The position numbers and the translations under genes are program-made. The notes beneath the pieces are model-generated. The model did not search any database and was not told the origin of the DNA. It saw nothing but the letters and a program-made list of their open reading frames with translations. A stretch of 64,000 bases of DNA from an uncultured virus (IMG/VR IMGVR_UViG_3300037114_000074) (lineage: Duplodnaviria; Heunggongvirae; Uroviricota; Caudoviricetes). Each line of letters starts with the position of its first letter. The stretch's first letter is position 1. Location of the stretch: IMG/VR virus record IMGVR_UViG_3300037114_000074. One strand, written 5' to 3'. Shown here one piece after another: positions 29,460 through 38,494 of this stretch.

Positions 29460-30440
29460 ATGCTCATCGTCGGTTTCTCTCGCATCCGAGCTTGGCGTCG
29501 ATGCCACAGACTCTACTGGTACCGATACATCCTGTGCTTGGAGCGAAAGCGCCCGAAGGTCCAGTTAATCCGCGGGACGATCCTCCACGCGATGCTCGAC
29601 GCGAAGGCTAAGGGCAAAAACCCAGCCTCGGTGCTGCGTCAGTACGCCAAGGAATACGGTAAGCTCTTCCGTGAGGAGCGCGATGAGTATGGAGATTTAA
29701 TTGGCGATTGCAAAAAGCTCTTCGACAACTACCAGCGACACTACGCTGACGACGGCTACAAGATCCTCGAGTCTGAGTACGAGGTACAGGTCCCACTTCT
29801 GAAAGAGGTGACCTTCCAGGGGCACATCGACAAGGTCGTCCTGGATCCGCAGAAGCGCCGTTGGATCAAGGATCATAAGAGCCACAAGAACATCCCAGGA
29901 GAGGAAGCGCGATTCTCCGATCTGCAGACGGTGTTCTACACATGGGCGTGGAACAAGTTAAATCCACGCCGCCCAGTTGACGGCATCATCTGGGACTACA
30001 TCCGCACCAAGCTGCCGGTCGAGCCCGAAGTCCTGAAGTCGGGGCAGCTCTCGCAGCGGGCGAACATCGACACTACGTATGACGTCGCCTTAGCGGCTGT
30101 ACAGGCCCACTGCAAGCGAACTGGCGAGGACCAGCAGCACTATACTGAATGGCTCGAAGGACTGAAAGGGCGCGAGGAGAAGTTCCTGAGGCGAGTGTAC
30201 CTCCCGAGTCCGCCGAGAGTAATGGTTGATCAAATCGTTAGCGAGATGGTAACGACCTCTCAGGAGATCTTACGATCGCACGACGATACGACCCGCAATA
30301 TGACGAAGGACTGCTCGTGGTGCTCGTTCTACAATCTGTGCCACGCCGAGCTCCGAGGTCAGGACTCCGACTTCATCCGCAAGACCGAATACGTAGTCAA
30401 CCAGGAGATGCTTGATGGCGATCAAGAAGAGGAAGAGTAA
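29460..30440 (+). CDS. PD-(D/E)XK exonuclease (RecB/Cas4-like)
   Basis: C..LYWY, GTILH, GHIDKV, IKDHKS, QTVFY, CSWCSFYNLC. Confidence 0.85.
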   Translation: MLIVGFSRIRAWRRCHRLYWYRYILCLERKRPKVQLIRGTILHAMLDAKAKGKNPASVLRQYAKEYGKLFREERDEYGDLIGDCKKLFDNYQRHYADDGYKILESEYEVQVPLLKEVTFQGHIDKVVLDPQKRRWIKDHKSHKNIPGEEARFSDLQTVFYTWAWNKLNPRRPVDGIIWDYIRTKLPVEPEVLKSGQLSQRANIDTTYDVALAAVQAHCKRTGEDQQHYTEWLEGLKGREEKFLRRVYLPSPPRVMVDQIVSEMVTTSQEILRSHDDTTRNMTKDCSWCSFYNLCHAELRGQDSDFIRKTEYVVNQEMLDGDQEEEE

Positions 30441-31230
30441 CCCGACTCAATTCGGGGACATCAAGTCGAAGATCGCGCCCGTCAGTGAACTGGCGAGTGA
30501 GTTCTCGAGTTTGATTTACGGGCGCAGTGGAACTGGCAAGACTGCGGTGTCGTCGAGTTGGCCGAAGCCAATGCTGCTCGTCGACATCCGTGAAAAAGGT
30601 ACCGACACCATCGCGAAGGTTCCTGGCATCGATGTCATCTCGATCGAAGAATGGGCCGAGATAGAGCAGGTCTACTGGTACTTGAAGTCGAACGAGTCAA
30701 AGTACAAAACGGTCTCGATCGATCAGATTTCCCAGATGCAAGACCTGGCGATGGCTGAGATCAAGGGGACCGGTAAAGAGGAGAGCGACATTCTCTCGCG
30801 ACGCGACTGGGGTCAGATCGCCGGTCTGATGAAAACCTGGCTCTACAATTATCGAGACCTGACGAACTCCGGGATCTACGTGGTCTTCATCGCTCACGAA
30901 CGCACGAACAGCGCCGACGAGAGCGTAGAGGACCAGATCGATCCGTCGATCGGAGCTCGCCTGATGCCGTCGCTTGCCTCGGCGGTCAACGGTGCGGTCT
31001 CAGTGATCGGCAACACTTTCATCCGTGAGGAGTACACAGGTCAGGGGAAGGACAAGGAGCGCGCAGTGAAGTACTGCATGCGCATCGGGCCACACGCGTA
31101 CTACACGACGAAGATCCGACGTCCAATTGACTTCGTCGCCCCTGAGTTTATCGTCAATCCGACGTTTGACAAGATCACCAAGATCATTCGTGGTGAGAGA
31201 TCCGAGCCAAAACGAAAAGTTCATAAGTGA
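30415..31230 (+). CDS. AAA_24 / Sak4-like ATPase
   Basis: IYGRSGTGKT, TVSIDQIS, VVFIAHE. Confidence 0.85.
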   Translation: MAIKKRKSNPTQFGDIKSKIAPVSELASEFSSLIYGRSGTGKTAVSSSWPKPMLLVDIREKGTDTIAKVPGIDVISIEEWAEIEQVYWYLKSNESKYKTVSIDQISQMQDLAMAEIKGTGKEESDILSRRDWGQIAGLMKTWLYNYRDLTNSGIYVVFIAHERTNSADESVEDQIDPSIGARLMPSLASAVNGAVSVIGNTFIREEYTGQGKDKERAVKYCMRIGPHAYYTTKIRRPIDFVAPEFIVNPTFDKITKIIRGERSEPKRKVHK

Positions 31231-31242
31231 AGGAGTAGATCA

Positions 31243-31872
31243 ATGGCGATTAGAAAAGGTGGAAAGAAGAAGGGACTGTCTGTCGACTTCTCTGGCGTCG
31301 AGTCCGGGGGGAAGGCCGTACCCGACGGCGCCTACGAGGTCGAGGTCGTCGAGGTCACTGAGGAGGAAGGTGCCGATAGCGGCAACCCCTATCTGAAGTG
31401 GAAGTTCCGTATTACCGAGGGGGACTCGAAGGGCGCCGCCCTGTACGACAACACCTCGTTGCAGCCGCAGGCCCTCTGGCGGTTGAAGGGACTCCTCGAG
31501 GTCCTGGGTGTCGAGGTTCCCGATAGCTCGATGGAGTTGGACCTCGCCGAGTACACGGGCCAGACGCTGACCGTCACCGTAGTGAACGAGGAGTTCCAGG
31601 GGCGCGACCGTCCGAAGGTGGATTCCTACGGCGGCGATGCCGATAAGTCGTCTCGCAGTGGTAAGACGACTAAGAAGAAGACGCCCACCAAGGATGATGA
31701 CGACGACGACGACGACGACGACGAATTTAAGAAAGGCGACCTCGTTCAGTTCGAGGACGAGGGCAAGAAACTGAAGGGCAAGGTCGTCTCGGTCGACGGG
31801 GATACCGCGACCGTCGAAACGAGCGACGGGGAAGAGTGGGAAATCGAAGCGAGTGACCTGAAGAAGTTGTGA
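31243..31872 (+). CDS. DUF669-like single-stranded DNA-binding protein
   Basis: VPDGAYEVEV..SGNPYLKWKF..ALWRLK; poly-Asp tract; AAGGAG RBS. Confidence 0.8.
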   Translation: MAIRKGGKKKGLSVDFSGVESGGKAVPDGAYEVEVVEVTEEEGADSGNPYLKWKFRITEGDSKGAALYDNTSLQPQALWRLKGLLEVLGVEVPDSSMELDLAEYTGQTLTVTVVNEEFQGRDRPKVDSYGGDADKSSRSGKTTKKKTPTKDDDDDDDDDDEFKKGDLVQFEDEGKKLKGKVVSVDGDTATVETSDGEEWEIEASDLKKL

Positions 31873-33212
31873 TCCGAAAGCAACTTCGGCCGAACCAGGC
31901 CGAAGCCGTCCAGCGGTGGAAAGATCGACTCGCTGACGGCTTCGGCCTTTTCGATGAGCAGCGCGTCGGGAAGAACCTTCCCGCCCTCGCGATTGTCGAT
32001 CACGAGAAACCCGCCCGCCTACTGATTATCACTCTCAAGAAAGGGATCAAAGTCTGGCAGAAGGAGATCGCCGAGAGCTTAGCGCTCGACTGGCCATGTG
32101 AAATCCAGATCATCAACTTCAACCAGGTCGAGCGTAAGTCGACCTTCCGCAAGTTGAAGCTCTGGCTCGCGGGCGACACTTCCTTTATGATCGTCGATGA
32201 GGCGCAGCACATCAAGCGTCGAGGATCGAAGTGGTCCAGGCGTTGTCGCCTGATCGGGCGCAAGGCGGATCATCGACTCGCCCTGACTGGGACCCCGATT
32301 GCTCAGGGGATCTGGGACGCCTGGGCGATCTTCGACTACCTCGGCCCGAGCATCTTCGGTAAGTGGGCGATCACCCAAAAGAAACTCCGACCCGGGCAGC
32401 GGCCGATCATTCAGGTGGTGAGTGGTTTTCAGCATCGCTACCTGCTGATGGACCCCTTCTGGCGGTCGAAGGTGATTGGCACGCAAAACGAGGAGGAGTT
32501 CTATCAGGTCTTCCACGCCCATTCGATTCGCCACACGCTAGCTGAGGTGCGCAGACGCGCTGGACTGAAACCCGCGCGTATCCGTCGAGTAGTCCTGACT
32601 GAGCCTCTTAGTGACGCTGAGCGGCGCTCGTACATAGAGCTCGAGAAGGAGCTCGTGACCGTCGTTAATCGGCGGCGCATTGAGACCCCCCTTGCTATGA
32701 CCCTGACGATGAAGCTCCAGCAGATCTGTGGAGGCTTCGTTATCGACGAGGACGGAGTAGTCCACGAGCTCGGCAACACGAAACTCAGACTCCTTCTGCT
32801 GGCGCTGGGGCGCCTGACGAAGAAAGACCGACCCCTCGTGATCTGTCGCTTCCTGCACGAGCTCGAAGCGATCGCGCGAGTCCTAGACTTCGCAGGCTAC
32901 TCAGTCAAGCGCATTCAGGGAGGCATCGACTTCGATCCAAACGAGAAGATCAAGGAGACCGCGATCGTACTACAAATCCAATCGGGAGTAGCGATCGATC
33001 TAGCCATAGCGAACGTCGCGATCTTCTACTCCTGGGATTTCAGCTATATCAACCATGAGCAGAGCCGCTTTCGGATTTTGCAGTACATCTCAACGAGGGT
33101 GTCATATTATTACCTCGTTATGAAGGGGACCATCGACGAACTGATTCTCGAGGCGGTCCTGAGAAAGAAGAGACTCGCAGATCTTGTCTGCGATCACTAC
33201 AGGAGACGATGA
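31869..33212 (+). CDS. SNF2-like SF2 helicase
   Basis: IVDEAQHIK, LALTGTP, KLQQICGGF, GTIDE. Confidence 0.85.
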   Translation: MIRKQLRPNQAEAVQRWKDRLADGFGLFDEQRVGKNLPALAIVDHEKPARLLIITLKKGIKVWQKEIAESLALDWPCEIQIINFNQVERKSTFRKLKLWLAGDTSFMIVDEAQHIKRRGSKWSRRCRLIGRKADHRLALTGTPIAQGIWDAWAIFDYLGPSIFGKWAITQKKLRPGQRPIIQVVSGFQHRYLLMDPFWRSKVIGTQNEEEFYQVFHAHSIRHTLAEVRRRAGLKPARIRRVVLTEPLSDAERRSYIELEKELVTVVNRRRIETPLAMTLTMKLQQICGGFVIDEDGVVHELGNTKLRLLLLALGRLTKKDRPLVICRFLHELEAIARVLDFAGYSVKRIQGGIDFDPNEKIKETAIVLQIQSGVAIDLAIANVAIFYSWDFSYINHEQSRFRILQYISTRVSYYYLVMKGTIDELILEAVLRKKRLADLVCDHYRRR

Positions 33213-33529
33213 TGGAAGCCGAAGAGACCAACCCTGACGATTTGAAGAAAGACATGTCTGATTTGAAAACAGAGGAGAAAGATCCAGTGGCAACAAAAAA
33301 GAAACCCGTCCGTAAGGTGAAGGCGAAGACGACGGCAGCGAAGAGCAACGGCGCAGATCCAAATCAGGTCACCCTGAAGCAGCTCTGCAAGGACCATAAG
33401 ATGGAGCCTCGCATCGCGCGACGCAAGCTCCGTGCAGCTGGTCTGAAGCCTGAGGGTCGTTGGTCCTGGGGGAAAGGTACCCCCGCGTTGAGGAAGGCCG
33501 AGACTGCGCTGGCAGCCAGTGACGACTGA
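33209..33529 (+). CDS. Small basic putative DNA-binding protein
   Basis: TLKQLCKDHKMEPRIARRKLR. Confidence 0.65.
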   Translation: MMEAEETNPDDLKKDMSDLKTEEKDPVATKKKPVRKVKAKTTAAKSNGADPNQVTLKQLCKDHKMEPRIARRKLRAAGLKPEGRWSWGKGTPALRKAETALAASDD

Positions 33530-33941
33530 GGCTCGATTCTGGTCGAGATTGAAGGGGAAGCTCGGCCCGGGCGACTTCGTCCGGGTCGAGAACCCCTGCG
33601 ACCCTGGGACTCCAGACGTCAATTTCCATGCTCAGGGGCGTGAGGGATGGATGGAATTGAAGTTCCGTCGGAAGCCAACGCGCCCATCCACGATCGTTCT
33701 GACCGACAAGCATGGACTGCGCCCTGCGCAGAAACTTTGGATTCGCCGGCGCACAAAGGTCGGTGGTCTGGTGTTGATCGTCGTCGGCATCGGCGACTAC
33801 GTTTACCTCGTCCCGGGTCGATACGCCGCTGTAATCAACGACTGGACACTTCTCGACTTCCTAAGGTCTGAGATTCCTACAGCGCAACGACGCGATCCGA
33901 GTCAGGTCAGGAAGGCCCTCCGCCAGGCGGTTTATCGATGA
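33519..33941 (+). CDS. VRR-NUC/Holliday junction resolvase-like nuclease
   Basis: RVEN..PGTPD..WMELK..LRPAQKLW. Confidence 0.8.
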   Translation: MTTEARFWSRLKGKLGPGDFVRVENPCDPGTPDVNFHAQGREGWMELKFRRKPTRPSTIVLTDKHGLRPAQKLWIRRRTKVGGLVLIVVGIGDYVYLVPGRYAAVINDWTLLDFLRSEIPTAQRRDPSQVRKALRQAVYR

Positions 33942-34459
33942 CCTTTTCCATCAACCGATTGACCTCGATACAACGTGAGCTTCTCGAGAAGAAACTTTGG
34001 ACTCGAGTTGAAAAGACCTCAACCTGCTGGCTTTGGAAAGGAGCAAGGAATAAGCGAAGAGGAATCGCAGGATCAGGAGTGATCGGTACTGGTCTATTGA
34101 AGCCCTCTGGCCACCAGATACCAACTTTGGTCCATAGACTCTCGTATGAGCTGACTCATGGCCCTATTCCACGGGGACTCCTCGTCCTCCACGGGTGTGA
34201 TATTCGGAATTGCGTTCGACCGGGACATCTTCACTTAGGAACTGCGACTCAGAATGCCGCTGAGTGTAACCGAAGGAATCGACGCCCCGTGGGCTCCCAG
34301 GTAAAATCATCGAAACTCACCGAGGTAGACGTGGCCCAGATCAGGGGACTCCACGCCACGAATCAACGGACAATCACTCAATTGAGTCGGGACTACGGAA
34401 TGACCTACGCGGCCGTCCGTGGAATCATCCGACGCAAGAACTGGAAGCACGTCGAATAA
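33938..34459 (+). CDS. HNH homing endonuclease with C-terminal HTH
   Basis: CWLWKG, VHRLSYEL, VLHGCD.RNCVRPGHL.LGT..QN, SKLTE. Confidence 0.9.
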   Translation: MTFSINRLTSIQRELLEKKLWTRVEKTSTCWLWKGARNKRRGIAGSGVIGTGLLKPSGHQIPTLVHRLSYELTHGPIPRGLLVLHGCDIRNCVRPGHLHLGTATQNAAECNRRNRRPVGSQVKSSKLTEVDVAQIRGLHATNQRTITQLSRDYGMTYAAVRGIIRRKNWKHVE

Positions 34460-34530
34460 AATCCTCGTTTTTGCCGGCAAATACGCAATTCGCCTCGCGC
34501 AACACGTTGATTTAATTCCCTATTTACCTA

Positions 34531-34559
34531 TTTACATGTCAATGGGAAGAGCTTACTAT
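34531..34559 (+). promoter_or_regulatory. Sigma70-type early promoter
   Basis: TTTACA (34531-36), 17-nt spacer, TACTAT (34554-59), AT-rich upstream region. Confidence 0.75.
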
Positions 34560-34740
34560 GTACACGTCAAGGAAGACAAGGCAGGGTAGGCCCAGGACTT
34601 TCTGACGAACACTCTCCCGGGGAAACGAGCTCGGGTCACGATCAGAAAACGAACCTTCAACTACCTCGACTGACCACGATTCAGGTCCCGGGCTGGCCGT
34701 CTCCAAAACAAAAATAGCAGCGGCATCCAATCCCGGTAAA

Positions 34741-34829
34741 GACGAAACGATCGATGCGCGTTGCGCGTAACAGCTTCAGGCTGTCGTCGATCGTATACGC
34801 GCGGGTGGCTCCCGCCGTACTGACGAGTC
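34741..34829 (+). ncRNA. Type II hammerhead ribozyme 1
   Basis: gac-GAAA-cgatcga...tcgatcg-UA-tacg..cgta-CUGACGA-gtc; all three stems pair; GUA cleavage predicted after 34795. Confidence 0.85.
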
Positions 34830-34860
34830 AAGCCCAATCCCAAAACTGGAGGAATCCGAA

Positions 34861-35223
34861 ATGACCACGTTCAAAAAAGAGTTCACGATGCCTAATGGCA
34901 CGAAGTACACCCTCTCTCAGCAGTCTGACATGCCAGTACTGATGAGCCTAGGAGAATTGAAGATGAGCAAACAGATCACACCCCGGTCACTCGAACTTTT
35001 CCTCGCTTACGCACGCGACGCCGGAAACTGGCGCGGCACACCGCTGATCGGTGGGAACGTGGGCGGCAGCAAAGAGGACCGTGGCAACTTGACGCAGTTG
35101 AAGCGCGCCGGTTTGGTCACGTCATTTGACGACGGCGAAGGTTGCCAATGGCTGCAGTTCACCGACGCAGGCAAGGCGCTCGCCATTCAGCATGGCGTTG
35201 ACGGCGCGGAGTTTGTGTCATGA
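34861..35223 (+). CDS. Early hypothetical protein (second RBS and ATG at 34963)
   Basis: GGAGG RBS before 34861; AGGAG before the in-frame MSKQITPR. Confidence 0.65.
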   Translation: MTTFKKEFTMPNGTKYTLSQQSDMPVLMSLGELKMSKQITPRSLELFLAYARDAGNWRGTPLIGGNVGGSKEDRGNLTQLKRAGLVTSFDDGEGCQWLQFTDAGKALAIQHGVDGAEFVS

Positions 35224-35525
35224 GCCTCGTAATCAAAGCCACGGAAGCCGACCGCGTTGATTACCAAAAGACCGGGCCAGTTTATCCGCTTTACGGGTGG
35301 GCCACGTTGGACGGCCAACGCATGGCCATTGAGGATGTGGCCCGAAGGATTGAAATTCATAGAACGCAAAACCGTTGCACTCTGAAACAGAAGGACAAAA
35401 CAGCATGATTGACGAAGACGCTCACGGCGAACAAACCGCACAAGCGGAACGGCAGACCCGCAACGAGCTGGTGAACTTCATCAATTCGCTGCGGGCCCAC
35501 CTGCAAACCCTGGGAGTGAACTCCG

Positions 35526-36056
35526 ATGGAAGCAAGCGTTAAGTACATCCAGACAGTCGATCCCGTAACTGACCTGACCAACTCTGGGCTCAAACCTGCG
35601 CTCTGCCTACGGGGGCGCAAGTTCGCCTCCTGCGTGATCAATGACGAAGGGACGATCCGCATCCTGCGCGTCGAGCTCAGACACTACGACAAGATGCGCG
35701 TGGTCCCCCACAAAGGCAAAGCGTACGAACCGAAGGCCTGCGCGAAGTACTTCATGTCCTTGCTCGATCGCGAGCAGATACGCCGTACGGCGACGCAAGG
35801 CGCGATCGAGTTGATCAAGCGAGTCCTCGACGGGAACGTACCGACCGAGGACATCGAGTTCATCGAAACGCCAGTCCATTCTGAGACGCCCCCCGAGGAG
35901 AAGGCGAACGGCGCGTCTGCGTCGCACTCGACGATCCTGGGGGCAATCTGCAACGAGCTGAAGATCGAGCCAACAGCTGCACGCCGCAAGCTACGCAAGG
36001 CCGGCCTTCACGCACCCTACGATAACGAAGCTGCGATCCGAGGAGCCCTGAAGTAA
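35526..36056 (+). CDS. Hypothetical protein with C-terminal putative DNA-binding motif
   Basis: GGAG RBS; ICNELKIEPTAARRKLRKAG. Confidence 0.7.
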   Translation: MEASVKYIQTVDPVTDLTNSGLKPALCLRGRKFASCVINDEGTIRILRVELRHYDKMRVVPHKGKAYEPKACAKYFMSLLDREQIRRTATQGAIELIKRVLDGNVPTEDIEFIETPVHSETPPEEKANGASASHSTILGAICNELKIEPTAARRKLRKAGLHAPYDNEAAIRGALK

Positions 36057-36113
36057 GGTCGAAACGTCGCAGGGATGGCGACGTCCGCTAGTGATGCTGG
36101 CGCTGATGAGACC
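36057..36113 (+). ncRNA. Type II hammerhead ribozyme 2
   Basis: ggtc-GAAA-cgtcgc/gcgacg-UC-cgctag/ctggcg-CUGAUGA-gacc; GUC cleavage predicted after 36085. Confidence 0.92.
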
Positions 36114-36136
36114 AAATTAACCGAGGAGAATCCAAA

Positions 36137-36811
36137 ATGTCCACGCCATTAGAAGAGTTCCAGGGAGCGCGCAAGACCGCCGAAATGGTATCATCCCTGC
36201 GTCAGCTGTACGCCAACGGACGCATCCCCGAGTCTGACAAGAACTTCATCAACTCTCTCCTGAGAGCTGCCGATAACCGTGGCCTGTCGATCAAGCAGGC
36301 TGCTTGGGTAGACAAGCTCGTCGATCGATTCACGCGTCCCCCTGCGTCGGCGCAGACGCCGGTTCAGCTCTCAGGTATGTCGGGCGTCGTCGCGCTGCTG
36401 ACGAAGGCACGTGAGAACGGCCTGAAGTTCCCGAAGCTCTGGCTGAAGCTCCCCCTCGGCGACGATCTGCGGATCACAATCGCGGGCGAACGCTCGAAGA
36501 CCCCCGGCTTCCTCGTCCTGACAGACGGCGAAGCGTTCGGGAGCAACCGCTACTACGGTCGCATCTCGCCGGACGGGCAGCTGACGATTGGCAAGGATGG
36601 CCACGTCTGCGAGACCAACCTCGTCGAACTGCTGATGCGGCTTGGTCAGGATCCGGCGCGCGTTGCTGCTGAGTTCGGGCACTTGACCGGCCACTGCTGC
36701 TTCTGCTCGTTGCAGCTAACCGATGAGCGCTCGACTGTCGTCGGATATGGACGAATCTGCGCTGGCAAGTTCGGTCTGCCTTGGGGCAAATCTGGGGAGC
36801 AGTCACCATGA
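36137..36811 (+). CDS. Protein with C-terminal DUF6011-like zinc-binding domain
   Basis: GHCCFCSLQLTDERS..GYGRICA; GAGGAG RBS. Confidence 0.75.
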   Translation: MSTPLEEFQGARKTAEMVSSLRQLYANGRIPESDKNFINSLLRAADNRGLSIKQAAWVDKLVDRFTRPPASAQTPVQLSGMSGVVALLTKARENGLKFPKLWLKLPLGDDLRITIAGERSKTPGFLVLTDGEAFGSNRYYGRISPDGQLTIGKDGHVCETNLVELLMRLGQDPARVAAEFGHLTGHCCFCSLQLTDERSTVVGYGRICAGKFGLPWGKSGEQSP

Positions 36812-37134
36812 TCGTCCAGGCTATCCCGTGTCCCTGCGGCTGCGCTAAGTGGATGGTGACCCCGCTCTTCGGGCACGTCGAGTCGTCCCTCAGTAGAGAA
36901 GAGGCCGATGAGCTGGTACGTCGATGGAATCACTTCGAGGAGAAACCTGAGCGGTGGTCTCAGAGCGTGAAGGATCAGGCCTACAAGCTCGATCCTGAAT
37001 GCTGGGTGAGTTACTCAGGGAAGACGCGGCCCTACAAGCAGGCGATGGAAGTTCGTCGCAAGGCCTCACTCGAAGCTGCTGCGCGACTGTTGGGACGATC
37101 CTCGGTATCACTTCTGAAGAAACAAGCTGAGTAG
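36808..37134 (+). CDS. Hypothetical protein
   Basis: MIVQAIPCPCGC..., ATG overlaps the upstream stop. Confidence 0.6.
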   Translation: MIVQAIPCPCGCAKWMVTPLFGHVESSLSREEADELVRRWNHFEEKPERWSQSVKDQAYKLDPECWVSYSGKTRPYKQAMEVRRKASLEAAARLLGRSSVSLLKKQAE

Positions 37135-37190
37135 GTCGAAACGCGGCAGGGACGCTGCGTCTGGGCGTGATTCGCCCCACTGATGAGACC
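37134..37190 (+). ncRNA. Type II hammerhead ribozyme 3
   Basis: ggtc-GAAA-cgcggc/gctgcg-UC-tgggcg/cgcccca-CUGAUGA-gacc; GUC cleavage predicted after 37161. Confidence 0.92.
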
Positions 37191-37212
37191 ACACACAAAG
37201 TAGGAGATTGAA

Positions 37213-38028
37213 ATGACCCGATCCACAACCATGGCTCGTTTCCCGTCGATCACGGACCCGAAGGGTCTCTCGATGGACGAGCTTAAGAAATTCCCGTCGC
37301 TGTTCGCAACGGCCCCCCACCCGAAGATGTCTGAGCGTTACACCTTCCTCTCGACGGCTGACGTGATCGAGCCGCTTCTGAAGGACGGCTACGCCATCAC
37401 GCATGTTGCGCAGCGTGCGACTCGCTTTGGCCATCGCGATCCTCGCTTCACGCGTCACTTGGTTCGCATGCGCCGCCTTAAGGACAAGCCGATCGTCGGC
37501 GACGTCTTCCCGGAGGTGCACCTCGAGAACAGCCACGACGGCCAGTCGCGCCACCGCCTGTTCGGGGGACTCCTGCGTCTCGCCTGCTTAAACGGCATGG
37601 CCATCTCGACAATGGCGTTCAAGGGTATTGCGCTGATCCACCGCGGCAACCTTGAGGAGATGCTGAAGCAGATTCGCGAGGCGGTCACGCAGGCCGCATC
37701 CGCGGCGCAGTTCGTCGAGAAGATGGCAGCGAAGAAGCTGACCCCGGCGGCACAGCTGCGCTTCGCGCAGAAGGCCGCTGAAATCGTTTTCGACAATGTC
37801 GACTTCGATGCGAAGTTGCTGTTGGTCCCGCGTCGTGAGCAGGACAAGACGAACGATCTCTGGACCACTTATAACGTCGTCCAGGAGAATCTCGTCCGAG
37901 GCGGGGTTCAGATTCAGCACACGACCGGTCAGCAGCGAGCAGCGACGACGCGTGGCATCACGCACATCCGTCGTGAGCTCGATACCAACCTGGCCCTCTG
38001 GCAGCTCGCCTCGCGAGTGGCAGCCTGA
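37213..38028 (+). CDS. DUF932/DUF945 family protein
   Basis: SERYTFLST, HLVRMR, NSHDGQS, RLACLNG, LWTTYNVVQEN. Confidence 0.85.
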   Translation: MTRSTTMARFPSITDPKGLSMDELKKFPSLFATAPHPKMSERYTFLSTADVIEPLLKDGYAITHVAQRATRFGHRDPRFTRHLVRMRRLKDKPIVGDVFPEVHLENSHDGQSRHRLFGGLLRLACLNGMAISTMAFKGIALIHRGNLEEMLKQIREAVTQAASAAQFVEKMAAKKLTPAAQLRFAQKAAEIVFDNVDFDAKLLLVPRREQDKTNDLWTTYNVVQENLVRGGVQIQHTTGQQRAATTRGITHIRRELDTNLALWQLASRVAA

Positions 38029-38053
38029 CGCACACACAACTCTAAGGAGAAGG

Positions 38054-38494
38054 ATGATGGGTTACAGACAGGCCGCACAAGAGTGCAGCATCGCTGACGC
38101 AGTTTCGACTGCGTTTGGTATGTTAGAGGAGCTCGCGAGCGAATGCCGCGAGATTGTCGATAACGCCTCAGAAGGACTGGCTCAGACTCAGCGTATCCAG
38201 ACGCTCGAGCAGACCGCATCAAGCCTGGAAAACCTGAGTGAGCCAAGCGTCCCTGAGAAGTTCGTCGAGATTCAGGTGAAGTACGACTGGGCAACTAAGT
38301 CACGCGGGGTATCGCGCGCTGTTCGATGCAGCAACGCAGTCAGCGCCCTACAGGCCGTGGTTGGGGCCTGTGAGGAACGACTGGAGAACAAATCGGAGAA
38401 CGGGGACCTCGAGGAGATCGAGACCCTGCGCGACGAGTGTCAGGGTGCGATCGACGAGGCCGAGGGATGCGAGTTCCCCGGGATGTACGGATGA
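38054..38494 (+). CDS. Acidic hypothetical protein
   Basis: TAAGGAG RBS; ends EFPGMYG. Confidence 0.7.
   Translation: MMGYRQAAQECSIADAVSTAFGMLEELASECREIVDNASEGLAQTQRIQTLEQTASSLENLSEPSVPEKFVEIQVKYDWATKSRGVSRAVRCSNAVSALQAVVGACEERLENKSENGDLEEIETLRDECQGAIDEAEGCEFPGMYG

Noticed and set aside
29460..30440. Cas4 as evidence of a CRISPR system
   Set aside because: It sits in a standard exonuclease-Sak4-SSB recombination module
31693..31725. (GAC)n microsatellite as a contingency locus
   Set aside because: It encodes an in-frame poly-Asp linker typical of SSB proteins
33938..34459. HNH gene as part of a group I intron
   Set aside because: The flanking genes appear intact and uninterrupted; it is treated as free-standing
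34598..34650. CTGACGA...GAAA as another hammerhead
   Set aside because: No stem II or NUH geometry fits; the CTGA pairs instead within a TTTCTGA/TCAGAAA hairpin
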